From Raillietiella orientalis (taxonomy: Eukaryota), in the NCBI GenBank assembly GCA_036172245.1, contig JAYWIR010000005.1, positions 2,232,001-2,296,000 of the forward strand: a stretch of 64,000 nt of DNA. Direction: 5' to 3'. The position numbers and the translations under genes are program-made. Under the pieces are notes generated by a model. The model was given only the letters and a program-made list of their open reading frames with translations, did no database searches and was not told the origin of the DNA. Shown here piece by piece: positions 29,480-40,700 of the stretch (position 1 is its first letter; each line of letters opens with the position of its first letter).

Positions 29480-29920
29480 TCTCCCTCATTCTCTCCAAAG
29501 GACCCCCGGAGGGGGCTGCTTCTAGTTTCTCTTCCGAAGAGAACCCGGAAAGGATCCGCTCCTCGTTCCCGCCCCTGAAGGGTAGCTCCCCGAAGGGAGC
29601 AGCGCGTTTCTTCTCACGCTGGAGAGGTATGGATCAACCAGCTCGACGGAGGAACTCCCCAAGGGAGGGTACGGCTCCTTTTTCACAGCCAGTGGAACCT
29701 GAAGGGTTTCTCATTTCCTGGCAGGATCCCGGAGGGTAGACTTCCAATCCTGGCCAGCCAACGGGGGTACGCGGGAGCTTTCGGTTTCTAACAGCGCCTC
29801 ACCAGAATAGACCAAACAGAGCTATCTTGCAGGGGAGAATCGAAATCCACGAAGCACCCTCCGTTATCGGCATCCCTGGGCGGCATTCGTACTTGCGACG
29901 CGTGGAGCCTCGAGTGAACA
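29480..29920 (-). mobile_element. tRNA-derived SINE copy S3 (decayed head)
   Basis: Reverse complement carries GGCCAGGATTGGAAGT..CCGGGATCCTGCCAGGAAAT, GAGCTGGTTGAT, GCTCCCTTCGGGGAG and the tandem tail. Confidence 0.6.
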
Positions 29921-31339
29921 TTTTTTTCCGACTGAGGCACGTGCGGTCCCTCAGTCGTCACTCCGGCAGCTGCTGCACCCCGTATGCTGGCATGAATGAG
30001 AACAGGAAGCGCTCAACGTGACAAGTGCATGAGTGCATATGCGATGCTGGTCATCCGTAGAGTCGATTCCCTAAGAGAGAAGGCGGAATCCACGACCGGC
30101 GGCATCGAACTGGCTCTGAAGAGACACCTCATATCCAGTAAATCATGCATTACGAGAAGGAGATGGTGGAGAAAGATGGAGAAATCTTAAATTCTCGTGA
30201 GGCAGGTGTCCTTTCGGTTCGACACCTTGATGTCCGAGCGGACATTCATCGTTGGTGATGGGAACGGCTAGATCGAGACTGCAAAGTTGTAGAAGGACTT
30301 TTTTTAAAAAAAAAAAAATGCAAAAACCCGCGTCGAATCCCTCAAATGAGCCAGAAAGGCAATCCGGGTGCAAACCGGTATTTGTGCGATTGGGGAGCTG
30401 TTCTTCCAGGAGAGCGGAGGGAGGGAACTCAACGGTTTTCATTCCTAGATGGAAACGAAAGGAGGATGGGGAACATCTCGACCAAAGAGTCTTCTTGAAA
30501 ACTGTTGCGGAGAATTTGTAGCATCAGCTTTCGTCATCCGCTCTTCTCCTCTCTACTCGACAGTTTCCCCCCCTCCCCCCCGTCTCCCAAAATCAAATGG
30601 AATTTCCGATTTCCGTCTGCAACCTCGGCTTCCGACGGTCTGTCGTTCTCGCACGCGAGACCCGTGTGCATCCGGGTGAAGCGAAATCTCTCAGTTGAGA
30701 TTCGCAGCGGTAGATGGTTCTCGGCTAGTGTGCCATTCCTCGTGGCTCTCAGGAAGCCGCGAATCGTCTGATGAGAAGCGTGTTCGGCGGGGGCAGCCAC
30801 GGGCATGCCGGTGGTCAGACAAGCTGCGAAGAAAGATGCGGAAGATGCCCAAATGAAATCCGAGATACCGATGCACGGAACGGTTGCCGGGAAACGGCAG
30901 CAGTAAAAGGAAATTTCCGTCGCTTTTGCTGAGGAAGGGAAACCGTGCTCCCATCATCCCAAACCAGGTTTAGCGACCGGCAACCGGCCGGTTTTTCTCG
31001 AGCTTGGCTGCTTTCAGTCTCAAAGTCAGGTCTGAGGCGGGGCGGCTCTCCGCTACTCACTTTGCATGAGCACGGGTGCGAAGGGGAAAGGAAAATGCAA
31101 GGGCCCCCTTCTTGCACAGCTCGGGGATCTTCGCGTCTTCCGCCTGAAGACGGGCGCACTGTGATTTTGGAGGAAAGTTGACCGGGGAGCGGCCTGCGGC
31201 TTTGCGCGGACTTCGGGAGGGACGGCTGCAGGTTCTGTGCGCGCCTCTGCCCGTCGAGCCTTGACGTCACTCCGCGTCGGGATCCGGAAACGCGGTTGGC
31301 ATTCCCGAACAGCAGCACGACATGTTCCCGAGATGCATC

Positions 31340-32750
31340 AGCCTTCGGCGCACCCGAACGCGGGGCCTCGAGCCAGCTCGCACGACTTCGCCCGTGGGCT
31401 CCCTTCCTTCCACGAGATCGAATTTCCCCGAGTCCACTCAGTGGTCATCCGATCCACTCCCCACGATCGAAGACAAACAGGGCCGTCGCAGGAACTCCCT
31501 CCGAAGAAAGGACCTCCGAAGACGGTCTTCGAGAAAGTCCTCCTTCTACGCCTCGCAATTTTTCTATGGCAACCGGCCCGCTCCCCTGACTGCGAGAAAG
31601 CAGCTGGAAGGAGATCCCCGCGAAGGGAAAGGGCAACCACCGGCATGGAAAACCGGAGGACGAGCAAACGCGCTCTTCCCAACGACGGTTTCCCTCGGGG
31701 TCGCATAGTCTTCGATCCTCCCTCCCGGATCCACCTGTCGCGCGAGGGAGGGACCACCAGTCCGCGAAGAGCAGCCAGCCGGGAGCAGGGCGGCGCAGCT
31801 TCCGGGTGTCGGTCTACGCTTCTCTGGCGTTTTAACCCGGTGACGCTGGACATCCGTTCGAAAGCAAAGAAAACGCTCAGGTCACTAATAACCGCGTTCC
31901 CGGAGGGCAACAGACGCGGAAAAGGGAGGTCCGCAGGGGGTGACCACCGGCATGCAGGCTGGCTTTTAAGGAAGTCCGGAGTGGTAGAGAGGGGACGATG
32001 AAGAATTGAAAAAAGGGGGTGGGCATAGGGGTCCTTGGTACCAGCTGGCGCCAAAGGCTGGCGACTCCTCGGAGGCGGGGCCACCTGGTAGCTGCCCTCG
32101 CCAAGGAGCGGCTGCCACGCGAGGGGCCTCCTTTCGCTGCGAACGAGACTCCAACTCACGGAGGATCATCGCCATGGAGCGGAGGCAGCATCTCCTTGCA
32201 GTCGCATCCCTGCCACGAGTCCTTCTGACGTGAAGAAACGCCGCAGTAGGTCCGTCGCGACGTCCTCCGGATGGCCTCCTCTAGAGCTTCCTCGAAGTCA
32301 CACCGCGGTCCTTGAGCAGTTTGGAGGTGCAGCGTCTGCGCAGATTGCTCTGCAATCCCGGTGCGGAACACCGGCGAACAGCGGGCATCCCGTTCTCATC
32401 TTCACGGGAGCACCGAATTGTATGTGCGCGCAAGGGAGCAGGAGCCATGGGAAACACTACGGGCAGATCGCTCCTCCGGAGCGGTCCCTTCACCCAGGAA
32501 CGAACTCCACTTTGATATTATCCAAAAGGCCGAGAAACGGAGCAGCGGCGTCCACCCTCCCCTCTTCCGGCCACCAGAGTTTTCCGACTTCCGCAGAAGT
32601 GCGGAGGAACTCCTTCCGCCCCACCTGTCGGCCGCAGCACTTGTTTGCCCTCAGGGCAGGCAGAGCTGCAGCAAGGAACGCGAAGATTTTGGCAGAAGAG
32701 CCGCAGGTGGTCGCTCTCTCCGACCCTCAGGACCACGTGTAGGGCAGAGT
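31340..32750 (-). mobile_element. Decayed L1/Tx1-clade RT core fragment
   Basis: ORF 31338-32159: GTKDPYAHPLFSILHRPL (GxRQGDPLSPxLF..EPL-like), AVISDLSVF (YADD region, degenerate), FERMSSVTGLK (F..SGL-like). Confidence 0.5.
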
Positions 32751-33335
32751 GGGTCCAGGAGACAGTGAGTGATCCGATCACGGTGGCTTCTGGCTGTCCC
32801 TTGGATTCCGATCTTCGTTTCTGAAGGCGTTTCAGAGTCGATGGAGCGCGCGACCGCCGGGACGGAGCCGCTCCTGCCTTCCGGCGTTCCGCCGCCGAAG
32901 GACGGTAGGTTCCTCGGCTTCCGGAGAGTAGGAAGGTCGCGATGGTGAGAGCACGGAAAGGTCGGGACACGGGCTGAACTGAAGCCGACGTCGGCGCAGG
33001 TCTTGGTGGTGGGAGCGCACATTGTCCCCAGGGACTCCGCGTCTCCCGTTGGTCTGATGCCTGAAAGAGGTCGCACGCTGCTTTGTTCCAGAGAGGGCGG
33101 AGGAATGATCAGCAGCAACCCCGTCAGGATGCGACTGTCGAGTCTCCTCTTCTGATAACCTCAGTCCTCGCGTCCGTTCCCCCAGGGTTCCACTGTCCCT
33201 CCAGCACGGGACGCAGAGCCGGCTGAAGCCAGGAAGTCGAGGGCGAGGAAAGCAGGTCGGGTGCTCTCGAGATGGACCGCCGAGGGGGTCCTGTGTCGTG
33301 CTGACGGAGGCTCCAAAGGGAGACAAAAAGGCGCG

Positions 33336-33518
33336 TGTAAAAGGAGACTCCCCGATCTGGCTCCTCCTCCTCTCATTGCACTGACCCTGAGGGCATCTGC
33401 TCGCGGTCTTCCGGGTGCTCCGCGCGGCGGCGCGCGCTTCGCTCTCCTGAAAAGCTGGAGGATCTGCGCTCCCGACACGCTCCACGCCCCGGTTCCCGCT
33501 ATTCCACTGCCCTCCGCG
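33336..33518 (+). repeat. Left arm of 183-bp near-perfect inverted repeat
   Basis: Reverse complement of 34073-34255 with about 4 mismatches. The identical peptide GIAGTGAWSVSGAQILQLFRRAKR appears in opposite-strand ORFs 33161-33799 and 33993-34673. Confidence 0.95.
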
Positions 33519-33519
33519 A

Positions 33520-33565
33520 CGTCTGGACACCTGGATATGTAAATACATATCCAGGTGTCCAGACG
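33520..33565. repeat. Perfect palindrome, 22-bp arms with 2-nt spacer
   Basis: CGTCTGGACACCTGGATATGTA-AA-TACATATCCAGGTGTCCAGACG. Confidence 0.97.
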
Positions 33566-34072
33566 GTACATATAGATTTCTATACGAAGGAACGTACTAG
33601 CGGCACCTGGTGGTAGGCTGCTACCTCTCTTTCCAAAGAGGTGCAGGCCGCAGTGGCTTTGAACTCCCAGGGCGCAGCCAGGAGACCCTTCAAGGTGGGT
33701 CAAAAGTACAGAAGGGAGAAAGGAGGGGATAAAATAGATGGGACTTCTAGGAGGGAAGAGTTCCCGGGTTCTCAATTTTTTATTTATAAAAAAAAACATA
33801 AATAAAGAAACATTTGTTGCAGAGGTGGTAGGCCTCCTGATCCGACCACTGACGCATAACTGGGTATCTGACGAGGTCTGCGTTCCGGCGAAAGCAAGGA
33901 GGGAACGAACGAAAAGCCAAAAATTTAATAAATAAATAAAGATGCAGGAAATAAAATTTGGAGAATGAGGGAAGGGACCGCTGCCTACTGGAGTGCGTCC
34001 CCCTGCATCCTTTTCGGGACATCGGCAAGGTCGTGCCTTGAGTCATCCAGATGAGGTCACCTCATGGCTCTC

Positions 34073-34255
34073 CGCAGGGGGCAGAGGAATAGCGGGAACC
34101 GGGGCGTGGAGCGTGTCGGGAGCGCAGATCCTCCAGCTTTTCAGGAGAGCGAAGCGCGCGCCGCCGCGCGGAGCACCCGGAAGACCGCGAGCAGATGCCC
34201 TCAGGGTCAGTGCAATGAGAGGAGGAGGAGCCAGATCGGGAAGTCTCCTTTTACA
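34073..34255 (-). repeat. Right arm of 183-bp inverted repeat
   Basis: Reverse complement of 33336-33518. Confidence 0.95.
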
Positions 34256-35664
34256 TCATTCATGTCGCGCCGTTCTCCTCTGGAGTGGTTCCAGGCCACC
34301 AGAGTTCCCCGAAGGCGGCAAAGAGCAGCGGAGGAAGAGGACGGAGGCAGCGTGCTCCGTACGGAGAGGTGTCCTTGGCTTTCAAAGCGTCCTTGGGGTC
34401 GCAGCGTGGGATACTGAGGGTCATCACAGAGCGGTGCCTAATGTACCGGAGGGAAACGCAGCCCGTGAGCAGATGCAGGAGGGATTCACGTTCTCCGCAC
34501 CCCCCGCAGTCCGGGGTCATCTGCTCCCCGAGTCCAGTGAGGTCGGCGGGCGTCTCCTAGGCGACCCCGGATGCAGCAGCAGAAGCGCCAACTCTCGCAG
34601 ATGGAGAGGGAAGGAGGGCGTGCCTGTCCCTGAGTACCGGGGCCAATTCGAGATCTTCACAGGGAATCTCTAGCAGCTCGCCCCAGCGCACAAGTCCTTC
34701 CGATGGAGCACCTGGCGCCGTCTGGGTCGTTCTCGGCGCTTCCCTGTCTTCTCGGTCTTCGGGTCGAATCCCATGTCTTTCATAGAGGAGAGTCAAAAAA
34801 GGCGACCGAGACAACACATTCGAGGTCTGCCGTCCTTCTTGCAGCTGCTGACGTGCTCTGATACACCTCCGCGGATGCGAGACGGCAGAGAAAGACCACG
34901 GCTGCGGCCTCCAGCAGCCCGTCCAGACAGGAGAAAGAAAGTCCTCGAGAATAGATCATCCGGTCTTCCACGTTAGGAAGGTAAGGGGTGAACCTTGAAA
35001 TCCAGCTGTACGAAAAGGCCGAGGAAGTGTGGATCTCCTCTCGGATTTGAGTGCGGCCGTGCATTAGCAGCATCCAGTCATCTCCGGGGAGAGAAAGCCA
35101 AGCGATGTTCGCTTGGCATTGGTATCCTGAAGAAGCTCAGCACATGCGCGATCCCTTCATTGCCGACGGGTTCTCGGGAAGCCATTCAAAGTTTCACTCA
35201 GTGGTGATGGCGGTGAGGAATGGCAGCTCCGATGCGCGCATGCGCGCCTCTTTGGCGAGAATCTGGCTGGTCGCACGCCCGCGTTGGCGGTAGGCCGAAA
35301 TGAAGATTCTCTTCCAGCTCTTGAAGCGCTGGTGGCTTTGAAACGTCCTCCATCCAGGGATAGAGGGGAAGAGGGGAGCGGTAAGCTCTGTTCGTCCAGC
35401 AGGAGCGAAACACTGCAATCCAGCAATGGGACGCGGGGATGGCCGAGGGGAGAAACCGCCTCCAGCCGCGCGTCAGCGCACGTGCAACGCCGTGCGCTTC
35501 CTTTCCAGCACGACCTTCTCGTCGCTGAGGAACGTCCGGGTCAAGAAGCATCCACGTCCGGCATCGGTGCACTTCTTGTTTAGCGGCGGAGGTCCGTGAA
35601 CTTCCAACCGCAAGTTGTTTTGTGTGACTGGAATCGATTTAACACTTGCCAGAGAGATGCCCAC

Positions 35665-35865
35665 CGTCGGCGGCCGCGTCGCTGCCGTTTCCGCGTGTGG
35701 CACCAAGCGTTGCGAATTCGAATTCCACCCGAGGAAGGGCCAATGTTACAGAAGCGGATGCGTCATTTCGAGTCTTCCACTGCAGGATGACGCTGGATGG
35801 GCAGTAGAGTTCGCGTGCGGAACTGTGGAAGCCCGAAATCTGATGGCCGACTCGACAGGTATGGG
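35665..35865 (+). mobile_element. tRNA-derived SINE copy S4 (5' half)
   Basis: CGGCCGCGTC..GTGTGGCACCAAGCGTTGCGAATTCGAATTCCACC..CAGGATGACGCTGG..GTGCGG, collinear with the S1/S2/S5 head. Confidence 0.6.
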
Positions 35866-35874
35866 CGAAGGGGA

Positions 35875-36270
35875 GGAAGAAGAAAAGAAAGAAAGACACT
35901 CCTTGAAGGGAGCAGAGCTCTTCGTGCACTCTGGAGAGGCATCCCCCTAGGCGAAGGGGCATCAACCAGTTCCATGTTACTCGATGGAGGGTTCCATTTC
36001 ACAATCTGAGGGGAACTTCGCAGGGCTCCTTGATTCCTGGAAGGACCACGGAAGGTCAACTTCCAATCCCGGTCAGTAAACGTGGGCATCCAGTTTCCAG
36101 TTTCCACCGGTGCCGCACCCGCGGATGGACCAACCAGCGTCGTCCTGTGGGAAGAACTCGAAACCAGCGATGTGCCCGTGGATCTTTCCGCAGGTGGGAT
36201 TCGAACCCGCGGTTCTTGGTGCCATGTGTGGAGCCCGCAGATACACGGCTGCCGACACAGACTCTTTCCT
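35875..36270 (-). mobile_element. tRNA-derived SINE copy S5
   Basis: Perfect B box on the minus strand (GGATTCGAACC at 36197-36207 on +); core CCGGGATTGGAAGTTGACC..CCAGGAATCAAGGAG; GGAACTGGTTGATGCCC. Confidence 0.75.
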
Positions 36271-39200
36271 TCCCTACCCGTGGATTTTAACAAAAAATAA
36301 CTTCGCTGAAGATGGTGGAAGGCTTCCTGGTTAATGGTCGAACCCTCCGGCATGCCATTTGTAAACGCTTGCGTGACTGGAAAAACACACACACTCACAC
36401 ACACCTGGCACAGCTGAGAGCAGCGGCACTCTTCGCTTAGCAGCATGCCGGGGAAGAGCTGCTTCTCCTTCGATGGTCTGAGGTCTTTGCGGGTAGATCG
36501 GGAGCGGAGAGTTTCCTGATGAGAGGTTCGAGGAGGAGGCAGTGGTCAAGGAAGCACGTCGGGCATCCCCACAGCGCCTTCTGCAAATGTCCCTTCGCGA
36601 GCACCACGCTTGTCAATGTTCATCTGGGTTCTGCAGTTTGCTTCTTGGACGCGAAGACCATCCTCTCGTCGCCCACCAACACTGCGAAATCGGCTTACTT
36701 TTCCTTCTCTTCCAAAGTCACGGGAGCAGCGGGTGCTTCTAGAAGAAGCAATGCAAGGTGCGACTTGTGATGCCATTGCTGCTGGAGTCCTCTGAGTCTT
36801 GTCGCAGCCGCCAGATTGCTTGGAGAGGCATCTTTACAGAGGGTGATTTGGCGCACCTCTTCCGAGGTCCCCAGTTCAGGGTCCATTCCTGGGAACCACT
36901 CGGTTCAGAAACATTCTGGTTTTGAGCCAGCGTGCAGAGATCAGGTGCACTCTAAACCGGCTTTAAGAGGAGACGACGCTGTTTCAGGTAGAGACCTCGA
37001 AGAACTGTTCAAAGTCCCAGATTTCTCTCTTGGATATACCCCGCCTACCACTCCTGAGCTACCAGCTCGGAGAAGTTCTACTGGAGCGTTGCCAATGTCT
37101 CCCCGCAACGAGGACCGTCACCGCTCTTGAATGGGAAAAGCCCTCAGGGGACGTGCGTACTGCGGTCTGCTCGAGCTGCTCCTGAAAAGCACTTTTGGAG
37201 CGTGCTGCATGGCCGGAGCTCTATTTCGGCATCACCGCTCTGCGCCCCTTCGGGCGAAGACTTGTTGAATGAGCACCATATCAGTGCTGATGATCCGAAC
37301 CTCCTCAGCGATGTTCCGACCTCCTGTCGAGTGCGGTTGAAGTGACCTATCTTCCGGGAAAAAAATCCAGAGAGTAAACCTCCCGGCAGGAATGCGCAGC
37401 CGACCCTTTCCAACCGCCTCCTAGGGAGACACGCCCTCGGGAAGTACGCAGCACTGAGAGCCCCGTTCGTGCCTTCCCTTGTGAATTTGCTCATTCTCCT
37501 CCTGGGAACTCACCCGCCCCCACAGCGTCGAAGACCCCTTGTGGACTGGAGTGGAAACAGCATGCCTCTGTTGATTTATTTAGAGCAGCAGACCAGGCAC
37601 ATGAAGAACTTGGTTTCTTCTGCACAGAAGGCAGAAAAATCCAAGCAGTGGGAACAGCCTGGATAGTGCCAGCGCACTGCACACCCGTTCCCTTGGACAC
37701 GTAGAGTGAGTCGACGGTGTCCAAGAAACGTGCTGAAGAACTCCTCATGATCAAGATGGTGGTCAGAAAACCCAACATTGTTGGATTGTGAGAGTTCAGT
37801 GTCTGGTGATCTTCGTACAAGTGGGGGTAGTCGGTTGCACCCCAAAGCTTCTCATCGTGGCCGGTATCGAGGGTGGGCTTGAAACCAGCCTTATTCAGGC
37901 TTGGTGCCACTGTAGCGAAACGTAAGAGGCCCGAGAAGGGTCGGTTTTAAACCGCTCACTATCATGTCCAGGAGCAAAAAGGACGGTCCAAACAAGCGGT
38001 GATTCTTTGATTAGAGGTCCATGTTGAGAGAGCTCGGAGTGGATGATGGTGAATCATGGGGAGCTTCTCTAGGATTCCAGCGCGGATCACGGGGTAAGGA
38101 AGGGCATGCCAGTGTCCCTGAGGGGTCCGAAGGAACGAGCATCATCGCCGTGTGAAGATCGAAAGTTCGTGGATTTCCATCTAACTTTGCCCACCCAAGT
38201 CTCGTGGCGAGGCGGTGCGAGCGACCACGTCAGGATACGAGTCCGAGGCGAAGGAACAGTCAGTGAGCAAAATGGCCGCGAAAAGCAGTGGATGATGAAG
38301 TCTGATGCTGTGAGCTGGCAACTCTTAGTGACGCGGGAGAATCGTTATTGCCCTAGTGAATAGGATCTGAATCACGAAGCAAGGTGGGACACGGGAAGCA
38401 CATAGAGAGGTCTGGAGCAACAGAAAGAGTGTGAGGATTAACCCACAGACTCTTTTCCTTTTCCTCCTCCTCCCTTCCTCCCCTTCCTCTTTTCCTCCTT
38501 CCGCCCTTCCATTCTTCCCTTTTTCCTTCTCCCTTGCCCCACCTTCTTCCCCTCTGGTTGCTCTCAGGTGGGGGCCTGCAGAGCCCCTTCCGCTTCAGGT
38601 TGGCTATCTTTCCTCTCGGCGTTCTCGGGGTTCAGAACTGGGGCGACTGAGCCCACAAAGATCGCACTCCCCATCCTTCATGGGAAGTGCTCGGGTTCAG
38701 GTGAGTGCGGTCGAGGTGCATAAGATGGAAGTGCCGGTCGCTATGGGATTAGAAATGTCTGTTGATACCACCCTGAAGGAAGACCGGGTGGACGCCTGCA
38801 GGATAGCGTATCACGGGGAGGACAGTTTGCTGGAATCGTGAAGGAGGCAGAGAGTGTGCTACCGGGTAGCTGTCTATGGTTTGGAAAACCACGCTGCGTC
38901 GTAGCAGGTTGGGTGGGTGGGAGGAGTGGCAACTTCCTGTGGATGGGGAAGCGCCCGTGTGAGGGACTTGCGTGCTGGATGATAGATTGGAGAATCAATT
39001 ATAATTACCCGGATGGATGGGGCTGAGGGTGCGAATGTGGGATGGATGACGGCCGAGGGTAAAAGCTGTTGGAATCAGAGCAGCAGTGGACGGCGATAGG
39101 GGGATGATAAATGGGGAGGGGGCATTTTTGTCACGTTAATGGGATGATTGCGGATGTTGACGACGAATTGTTGGCAGCAGAAGCGCAGTTCGTCCCGGAG

Positions 39201-39899
39201 ACCGAATGAGCGCTCCAGAGATCGCACCGCACGGCCGCTCCTCGCGCCGGCTACCCCTTTCGGCAGACCAAGCGCTGTTTGGAGTGACGTCAACGCGGAG
39301 TTCCGATCGACTTCATGAAGGCAGCCGACGGAATTGGTCCTCGGCTTGCCTGGGGGGAAAGTGTTAGGAAGAACGCGCACGCCTCATCTCCAAGAGGGAA
39401 CGTGGAAGTTTTGGACGCCTTCCCGAAGGATCTGCTGTGGTCGTCGGATGCTGGACGCTGAGCACAAAGTTGAAACCGGGGGTTTCCCTTAACGAGAGGA
39501 AGCGTCGTATGTCGGTGACCTCCTGACGGGGAGAGAACTCTCTTCGCCGCGAGCGCCACCGGGAAAAATGAAGATGGATGACAGTCTGGAAGCTGCAAAG
39601 CATTTGCCATCTTGTAAAAGTTTTTTTTTTCCTCTCTCTGTCTCACTGCTAGGTAGCAAGCAGCACAAGAGATGATCGCTCTTTTGATCTTTGCTTGGGT
39701 ACTCCACTCTGGAGCTTTCGCTGTGTTTCCCCGCTTCCCTCCTCCAGCTGAGGAAGGAAATGACGACTCCTCTCTCTGAGGCCCGCCTGCTCCAGGAGAG
39801 GACGCCCTGCCTCTGGAGATCAGGCCTCCTCTTCAGTCCCCAGGCTACCGCGGCGCCCTGGAGGGCATTGGGCGTTGCGCCCAGAGCGGGACTCCTGAC

Positions 39900-40700
39900 C
39901 CATTTCCCCGGGATGCTCCGTCCATGCTTCTTCCGGGTTCACTCTGTCGTCTCGTAGGCCCTGCATCTCTTTCTAGATGACGGACCGATAGCCGCCGTGT
40001 CCCCTCCCGGCGGAAGGGAAAAAAGCGCCGCAGGGCTGCAAAACGGACCGGATGGGACCACGCGCAGGCGCGAGCACTTATCCGGGGCCGAGGGCTTCCC
40101 AGTGCAGTGGGGCAGCGAGGAAGGTCACGCCACACGGGGACCCCTCTCGCTCCAGGGGAAGTCTACTGGCCGCATCAGAGGAGGTCGCTAGAAGAGGGAC
40201 CCAGTGCCCGTGCGGCGGACCAGAGAAGGATGCTAGGAAGAGGAGAGAATGCTTTCGAGGACCCTTGCCATGGGAACGCTGCCCCCTTCACCACCTTCGG
40301 GAAGGTTCAGGAACCTTCCCGGGGGCACAGAGGGCGTCCAAGCAGCAGCTTTCCTCTGCCGCCGCCGCAGGAAGCACTGCTTTCCTCCCCCGCTCGTAGG
40401 CACCAGGGAACGACTCCCTGCAACCCACGAATGTACCAACGCGCTCCCAATGCAATCCTCCTTCGATTTCTGGGGTCCCCACGAGAGGCTTTGCAAGCTG
40501 CCCTCGATCCCGAAAACGTCCCTCAGGACTTTCCTCGGAAGCCGCAGGTACGCATGAGTAGGGCGCGAGTTCTTCATGGTGGCTGCCCAACCCTCTAGTT
40601 CAGGGTCAGCCACGCTCGGCATCCCCGGAAAATTCAGCACGGGTCCGCCGAGCACGGGACCTCCAGAGTCACACGGTTGCCCGGCAAACCGGGGAGGAGT
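39900..40700 (-). mobile_element. Further decayed LINE 3' fragment
   Basis: ALVHSWVAGS (cf. LISGWTMGQ) and FLAAPLHW (cf. ALLLLHW). Confidence 0.35.

Larger units (their letters stand above)
34256..38400 (-). mobile_element. Near-full-length decayed L1/Tx1-clade ORF2 (copy E), interrupted by a SINE pair
   Basis: In order on the minus strand: STWTSNQRITACLDR (~38000) and GFSDHH (~37760), APE endonuclease; WGCP..LLLEPLIRKL (~36540), RT; LVRWGELLEIP and CGGCGERESLLHLLTGC (~34480), zf-RVT; ALCRLRGTLVAW. Confidence 0.65.
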
